The notes below the pieces were generated by a model, which was given only the letters and a program-made list of their open reading frames with translations, ran no database searches and was not told where the DNA came from. Of a DNA stretch of 64,000 nucleotides, positions 57,771 to 64,000 are shown one piece after another. The position numbers and the translations under genes were made by a program. Positions within the stretch are counted from its first letter, which is position 1. The number at the start of each line of letters is the position of its first letter. This DNA is from Guillardia theta CCMP2712 (Eukaryota; Protista; Cryptophyta): NCBI RefSeq assembly GCF_000315625.1, contig NW_005434607.1, positions 377,537-441,536 on the forward strand, written 5' to 3'.

Positions 57771-58439
57771 AAAGGCGATATGTGTTGAAGGGATTGGAGA
57801 AACTATCAGAGAGTATCGAAGGCAGGTGGGACGGCGGGGCCTTGGCTGGCGGGGCAGGCCGTAGATGTAGCAACATGAGGACAGGCAAAGCTCTTGCACC
57901 ATCCACATTGGGGTTTGACTGAGCAGTCATCGGCAAGAAGATATTTTTTAGGCGATGACTTCTTGGATGATTGCAGGCTGCTTACAAGAACCAAGTTCTC
58001 ACGAAACTATGGGAGATGCAAGGGCTGGGCAAGGCCACAACCCCTGCTGCGGTCTCGGACACTTCCTTCTATGCCACAGGAGCGCCAGGAAGCACTCCCG
58101 GAGCTGCAAGTCTGCTTCAGAACAAGTAGCTCCCTTGCATTAGCTTGCGAACACTGATGTCTCGGTTTCTCAGGAAAGTTGCTGGTGGAGACCTTGGAAA
58201 GGCCATGAGCATTTTCAACCAATCGTTCCAAACAGACCCAGTCTCCTCGCGAAGGCAGGGACGCATTTTGTAGAGTAGACATGGTGTTGCGGGAAAATCT
58301 TTAAACTTCAGCTTTCTTTTGACTTCATTGCTCTTGTCACAACCTTATATCACAGCTGGTTCGGGAAAGTGCGAACAAACGGAATGTTCATTGTGTCCGA
58401 CATGGGGATACGACACACTGATTGTTGAACGATCTGTTG

Positions 58440-59707
58440 TCACTCGTCCTCGTCAGGTGCATCGGCAAACTGCTCCGAGCACAGATTGTCAACATCTCCG
58501 GGCTGGGGCCTTGCAACCGAGAGTCAATCCCCGCGATGGGAAACAAGAAATGATCCTCACATGTTTAGAAGGGCATCGTAGCGAGCAAGCGCTTGCTGCT
58601 GTGCAACGGCCTGCCGAATCAAATCAGCGCGAGAAGACGGGGAATGCAGGGAGGGAGTCAGGGGGAGAGGAGTTAGAGACTGAAGAACGAAACGAGGCAG
58701 GACGAGCAACAAAGTGAAGGTGCCGTTGGGTAGCGAGCAAGAGAGCAAGGGAGGGGAGAGGGTGGCTGGAAGGCAGCGTACCATGTCTGTAACATTCATC
58801 ATACAAATATTTGAGCTGGCACCCGCGGCAGAGTCATCGAACATGAAATCCCCCTCGTCATCTACAGCTCAAGAAGTCAAGGCTTGAAGCACAAGCAGGA
58901 GATCTGATACCGTCATCATGCTCATCAGGGTGGAGAGCTTGACATTGCGAGAAGACGCTGAAGACAACCCCAAGAATCTGATGAATCCCAATGAGTTATC
59001 AGGCATCCGCCGTAAAGTAGAGTGGTCACGTTCGGGTCGTCCATGACGAATCGCATTTCATGGGAGGGTTCATCCCCCTCCATCCCCTCCTCCTCCTCCT
59101 CCTCCTCCTCCTCCTCTGCTCCATTCATCTTCGCGTCCGGCGCGCTTTGACTACAATTCGCTATCATCTCTCGCACGGCATCGTCTGCGAGGACCTGAAC
59201 AGCTTCAGGAAGCGAGGGCGAAGCAATGCACGTGCTACCTGACAGTAGATGCAAGGGTGAGGGAAAGCCGATGTGTCTCTCGAAATAGCATGCACGATGA
59301 CAGATCTCCAGTGCAGTTTGACTGTCTCATCCAATCGCTCATCATTTCTCCAGATGATTTGATGCGTGGTCAGGAACAAGGTTCCTTGTCCAAATGCAGG
59401 TCTGGATGCAAATTCAATTCAGGAAGGAAAAGAATCAAGCAGAGATCTGAACTCATCCTCAATAAAAACAAAGCCACGAACATCAACAACAACCTCAAAC
59501 ATCAACAACCGCTCCTGGAAACAATTCCGAAGAACAAAACAGCCAAGATGGTTGTGAAGCAATCATCAAATCGTCATATAATCTGAGAGCCCATGCTCAC
59601 CTGTCATCGGCATACAGGCTTACTCTCTGCTTGATGAATTTCACCTCCTCCTCTTCTCCCATGCTCGGCATCGTCTGCCCGCTCGAAAGCCCATCGCCCT
59701 CCGCCAT
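58440..59707 (-). CDS. CLNS1A: Methylosome subunit pICln (chloride conductance regulatory protein ICln)
   Basis: Exons GTLFLTTHQIIW...VIVHAISRDTSAFPHPCIYCQ, EMRFV, VFSQCQALHPD, and C-terminal EQFADAPDEDE*. Confidence 0.85.
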
Positions 59708-60177
59708 TGCTGCACGGGCTGCTAGCTCTTCGCCCTCATACCCCTACTTCCTCGTAAAGCTTTCTTTTTAGTCTTTTTATTGTTTTTAGTAATGTTATGC
59801 AATCGTTCGGCATATGATCTGCAGCACTTACGATTTCTCATAGGACCATAAAGACATATTGATAGGACCTTCCTAGTACCTTCGTTCGGCCAGTCGTAGT
59901 CCCCAATGCTGCTCGGGGTTGAAGGCGTACAATGCTATATCCAGTGGAGAGGGGAGGGGAAGAAGAGAGCATAGGAGGAGGAGGAGGAGGAGGAGGAGAA
60001 CAGAGTCGAAGAGAGAATAGGAGTGGCAGAGTAGCTGATCCAGAGATTTCTCCCTGGGTTGCTTGCCATGATCGCGGAGGTTGCTGAATGTTGGTGGTGC
60101 AGGATTGGAGGAATGTGAGAGGAGCGCTTGTGGTGAGGGCGGGCAGTCAGACAGCAGGTCGGCACTGACAACAGAGC

Positions 60178-63100
60178 ATGGCGGAATCCTTGGATTCGGG
60201 AAGCCTGCGAGAGAAAATGTCGAGCAGTGCAGGGAGAGCGATGAACAAAGTCAAGAGCGTCATGGCGCCGACCTCCATTGCCAACGCCGGAGTGGCTGCA
60301 TCGGAGCTCATCGGCGTCGTTGCAGCCGGTGCCATGGCTACCTCCGAGCAGCTGGTGTCGGGATTGAGCACGGTGGGGGGGGGGATCAGTGCTGTGGGAG
60401 GGAAGGTGGTGGGTGGGATGGATGTGTTCTGGAAGGAATCTCCAGAGGAGGATGCTCTTGCTCAGGTTGATGAGAAGAAGTGGAACAGTTGGTCAAAGCA
60501 GCAGGCAAGGCAGGGTGAGGTTGAGAAGACCAAGGACAGGCTCTCTCTCCAGGCCAAGATGATGAGCGCGAGCGACAGATCCAGCATGGGGGAGGGGGAA
60601 GCGCAGGACGAGGAGGGGGTTTGGCTGGACTTCGTGAAGCTAGAGCGGCTCAAGGCACACGCCTGTGAATGGGATCGGATTGGACGTAGCGAGGAGAACG
60701 CGTTGATAGACCTGCTGGACGGTCTGCCGAAGGATCCGATGGAGATGGAGGAGGTGGAGTTCGACGAGGTGGTAGAGGAGTACGTCAGGCTGAGCGATGC
60801 GGCGCAAAGGGACCTGGCGGACACTTGCCGGGCAAGATGGGGGGACTTCAAGAAGGGGCTGCATGAGGTGGAGATGCTGGAGCGAGAGCTCTCGGCCGCG
60901 AAGTTCGTCTGCTCGAAGGGAAGGTCTTCCCTGAACCTGGCTCGGATCCAACTTGAGGAAGGCAACGTGGCGGCCCACTTCAGGAAGAAGCAGGTGCTGC
61001 AGGAGGTCTGTGCGCTGCTGTCGCAGCTTGTGCAAGCTCTTGATCGAGAGGATAGAGCCATGGAGGCTCTCAACGGCAGATCGCCCGACTATGCCCTGGC
61101 AAGAACCCTCAGCAACGAGTGCTATTCGTTCATCGGGATTGCTCCTCCCCACAGCCCCTCCGACCCGCTGACCCATGTGTCTGAAGTAGGGGAGGAGGTT
61201 GGCCGGCATGTATCGAAGCTGCTCTGCGCCCAGGACGTGGCGACCCGCCTGTCGAGGCTGGAGGAGAGGTTCGACGTCAAGGTGAAGGACGGGTTGAAGG
61301 AGCTGTGCAAGAACTTTGACAAGCAGACGTTCGAGCGCATCTTCCTTGCATACGCGAGGAACGGACGGCAGTGGGAGCTGGGGGAGAGCCTGCATGGTCA
61401 CTTCCTTGAGGGGCTCGACAAGGGGCTGCAGCAGATTATCTTCTCCACCGTGGCAGCGGACGCAGAGGAGGACGCGGTGACGCTGCTAACAATGTCCTTC
61501 GAGCAGCTGATCAGCAGGATCCCAGCTGAGCAGATGGTGATGGCCCTTCTCAGCTGCTACCAGCATATGTGCGAGCTCCTGTCTTCCCTGCAGTCCGTCC
61601 TCCTCTACATCAGGAAGAGCATGCGGCGGGCGGAGAGAGACGCCGTCCGCGTCCTGGTGTCGCAGGGGATGAGCGCAGGAGGGGCGCAGAAGCTGCTGGA
61701 GGATGAGAAACTTGCCATCGAAGAGTGCATGAAGGGAGCGGAGAGCGTCGTTGAGCCTCCCGACCTCTCCAGTGCCGGGAAAGGAAGCGAAGCGGGCGTA
61801 CTGCAGAGGAGCGCGTCGGCAGAAGGTGCAGAGGAGGAGGCGCAACCTGCAGAAGAGGAGACTCCCGAGAAGGAGCACGAGGCAGACCTGCCTCCCCGGC
61901 AGAGTCTGGACGTGGAGGCTCCTGCGAGGATGAGCATCGATGAGAGCAGCACGGCAGGAAGCGCGATAACCAACACTCCCTCAGCGGCATCGCAGGGAGG
62001 AGAGAGAGTCGACGGTGAGAAGGCCGGGCAGAGTAGCAGCGTGTGGTCTCGCCTGAAGGCTGCGCGCACTATGCTCAAGACCGGAACGCCGTCGAAGGGG
62101 GAAGAGGCAGCGGCACACGCTGCCGGGTCCTTCTCGGACAAGGCGGGAGAGCACAAGGGGGCACAGGGGGAGAAGGGAAAGGCGTGGCGGTCGAGCGGGA
62201 TATCCGCTATGTCAGGTACGACATCGTGCTGAAGTGGTGATAACGGCAGGAAGGGGAGAGCGCGGGGGAGGGAGGGAGGGAGGGGGGGGAATAGGGGACA
62301 GGGACAGAGAAAGGGAAAGTAGAAGGATGGGGGAAAGGATGGGGAAGGGGAGGAGTCCTCGGAGATGGGAGCTAATTCTAGGAGGAGGGGAATAAGGAAA
62401 GGAGCTGATTGAGCCCCTGACATCCTGGCACAGCCATGGCGGCAGCAGCGACGGGAGCAGGCAAGGCAGCAGCAGGAGCAGCTCAGAGCTTAGCTACTCA
62501 TGCTCACATCGCCTCGCACTCGAGCGACGAACGGCACAGCTCTCATGCTGCCATGGCAGCCCACGAGGCCAACCACCTACAGGCGCCGAGCAAGATCAAG
62601 GAGAAGCTGGTGCGGGGAGGGTTCATGTCGGAGACCGGAGTAGCCAGCGCTAGAAGCTCCTCGTCAGTGTCCCTGCCCTCCTCCATCTGGATCCTTGAGC
62701 TGCTCCTCAACGGTACCCACATCTCCCTCTGGGATGAGGCGCAGAATCGCGTGCGCTCGCTGGTCACCCTCCCGAAGGTACAGGAGGAGGACGAGGACGA
62801 GGGAGGAAGGAAAAGAAAGACAAGGTTGAGGACAAGGAGGGAGGAAGAAGGAGAAGGACGTGGTAGGAAGGGAGGAAGAGGAAAGAAAGTGGAAGAGGAA
62901 GAGTCAGGTCTCTCTCGCTGAAGTGCATGGCAGATCAACAGTCTGAGGAGGGAGGAGTACTGCAAGCTCATGGCGGCCACCAATCGCTTCGCCAAGTTCG
63001 GGGAGGAGCTGACGCGCCTGCCAGCGACGCTGCGGGGAACGATATGGTCGGTGTGCCGAGATTACTACCAGATGTTCCACCGTTCCTCCATCCTCATGGT

Positions 63101-64000
63101 CCAGGTGAGCAGGAGGGAGGCAGGAGGACCAGGACGAGGACGGAGACGAGGAGGAAGAGGAAGGAGAATGCAGCAGGGAGGGTGCGAGCGAAGAAGAGTC
63201 GGGAGAGAGGAGACGGAGAAAGAAGCAGGAAGGGGAGAAATCAGAGGGGAGAGAGTTGAAGGGCAGACAAGGTTGAAGAGTATGAGACTTGTGCGTAGGA
63301 TTTGTGGCAGTAGAGAGCGAAATGTTGTGTGAGGGCACAGGGGTTGGGGGAGCAGAGGGAGGAGGGAAGGGAGGAGGAAGGGAAGGAGAGAAAGAACGAA
63401 TGAGAGGGGGAGGAGGAAGGGGAGGGAGAGAAAGAAGGAGGAAAGCAGGTGACTAGAATATCTTGTTGACATTGGAGCAGACGTCGATCGAGAGCGACTT
63501 TTGGCAGCCCTACCCGACAGGGGGGGGAGGACGGCTGAACCTGGCTACTGTCCAGGAGCTCCGCCCCTTCATCTTCTGGGAGCAGGAGGGGAAGGGCGGC
63601 GCAGATGCGAGGACAGGGATGCAGGACAGTGTCTGGTCAGAGTTCTTCGGGGAGGTGGAGCAGGGAGAGAGGGGAGGAGGAGACGTGAAGGCTGAGGAGA
63701 AGAAGGGAAGAGGAGAGGACAGTATCCCGCAGAATCCGTTTTCTCAGCTCAGCCTGGAATCCTTCGCGCTGCCTCCCATGCCCAAGGCGACGGCGAGTGA
63801 GGAGGAGGACGCGGAGGGTGGTGGGATGGAGGATGGGGCCCTTGTTCCTCGTCAGGTGCGTTGAGGAGAGAGAAGATTCTTCCAAGGATACTGATGGGCT
63901 CCTCCTCCTCCTCCTCCTCCTCCTCCTCCTCCTCCTCCTCCTCCTCCTCCTCCTCCTCCAGGTCTTCACAGGGGCCACCCTCAAGGTCGCTCGGCTCATC
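60178..64000 (+). CDS. VPS50: Syndetin / VPS50 (EARP complex), continues beyond the window
   Basis: Vps54_N-like FKKGLHEVEMLERELSAAKFVCSKGRSSL, LKELCKNFD...YARNG, LWDEAQNRV and YYQMFHR...SIESDFWQP. Multi-exon. Confidence 0.7.
63898..63959. repeat. (CCT)n intronic microsatellite
   Basis: Direct reading. Confidence 0.9.

Noticed and set aside
57800-58290. Possible small gene downstream of pICln
   Set aside because: Short ORFs in several frames without a supportable model.

Overview
Eukaryotic nuclear DNA with short GT-AG introns and microsatellite-filled introns. The style suggests a cryptophyte alga such as Guillardia; this is an inference. Ordinary host genes lie on the left (PDZ-coiled coil-PDZ-WW, PH-FYVE-PH, a USP48-like deubiquitinase, several hypotheticals) and on the right (pICln, VPS50/syndetin). 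A decayed, intronless, virus-like gene sits at the far left. The centre (about 24.5-57.6 kb) is an accessory island bracketed by two near-identical copies of an N-myristoylated ADP-ribosyltransferase-ankyrin gene whose ankyrin repeats are internally duplicated and locally hypervariable. Between the copies lie a P-element-like transposase, a tandemly repeated 4.2-4.3 kb unit (Crinkler/RHS-type NTPase-nuclease gene with an apparent plastid-targeting presequence, plus Helitron and Crypton scraps), a decayed Copia retrotransposon, and two related, inverted, AT-rich virophage/Polinton-like virus relics. The relics carry TCTA-type promoters, 3' hairpins, a paralogous small-protein family, an in-frame PrimPol-pPolB fusion and an iteron-like origin whose repeat sequence differs between the two copies. 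Five N-gaps limit what can be read. All homology calls come from motif recognition by eye, not database searches.
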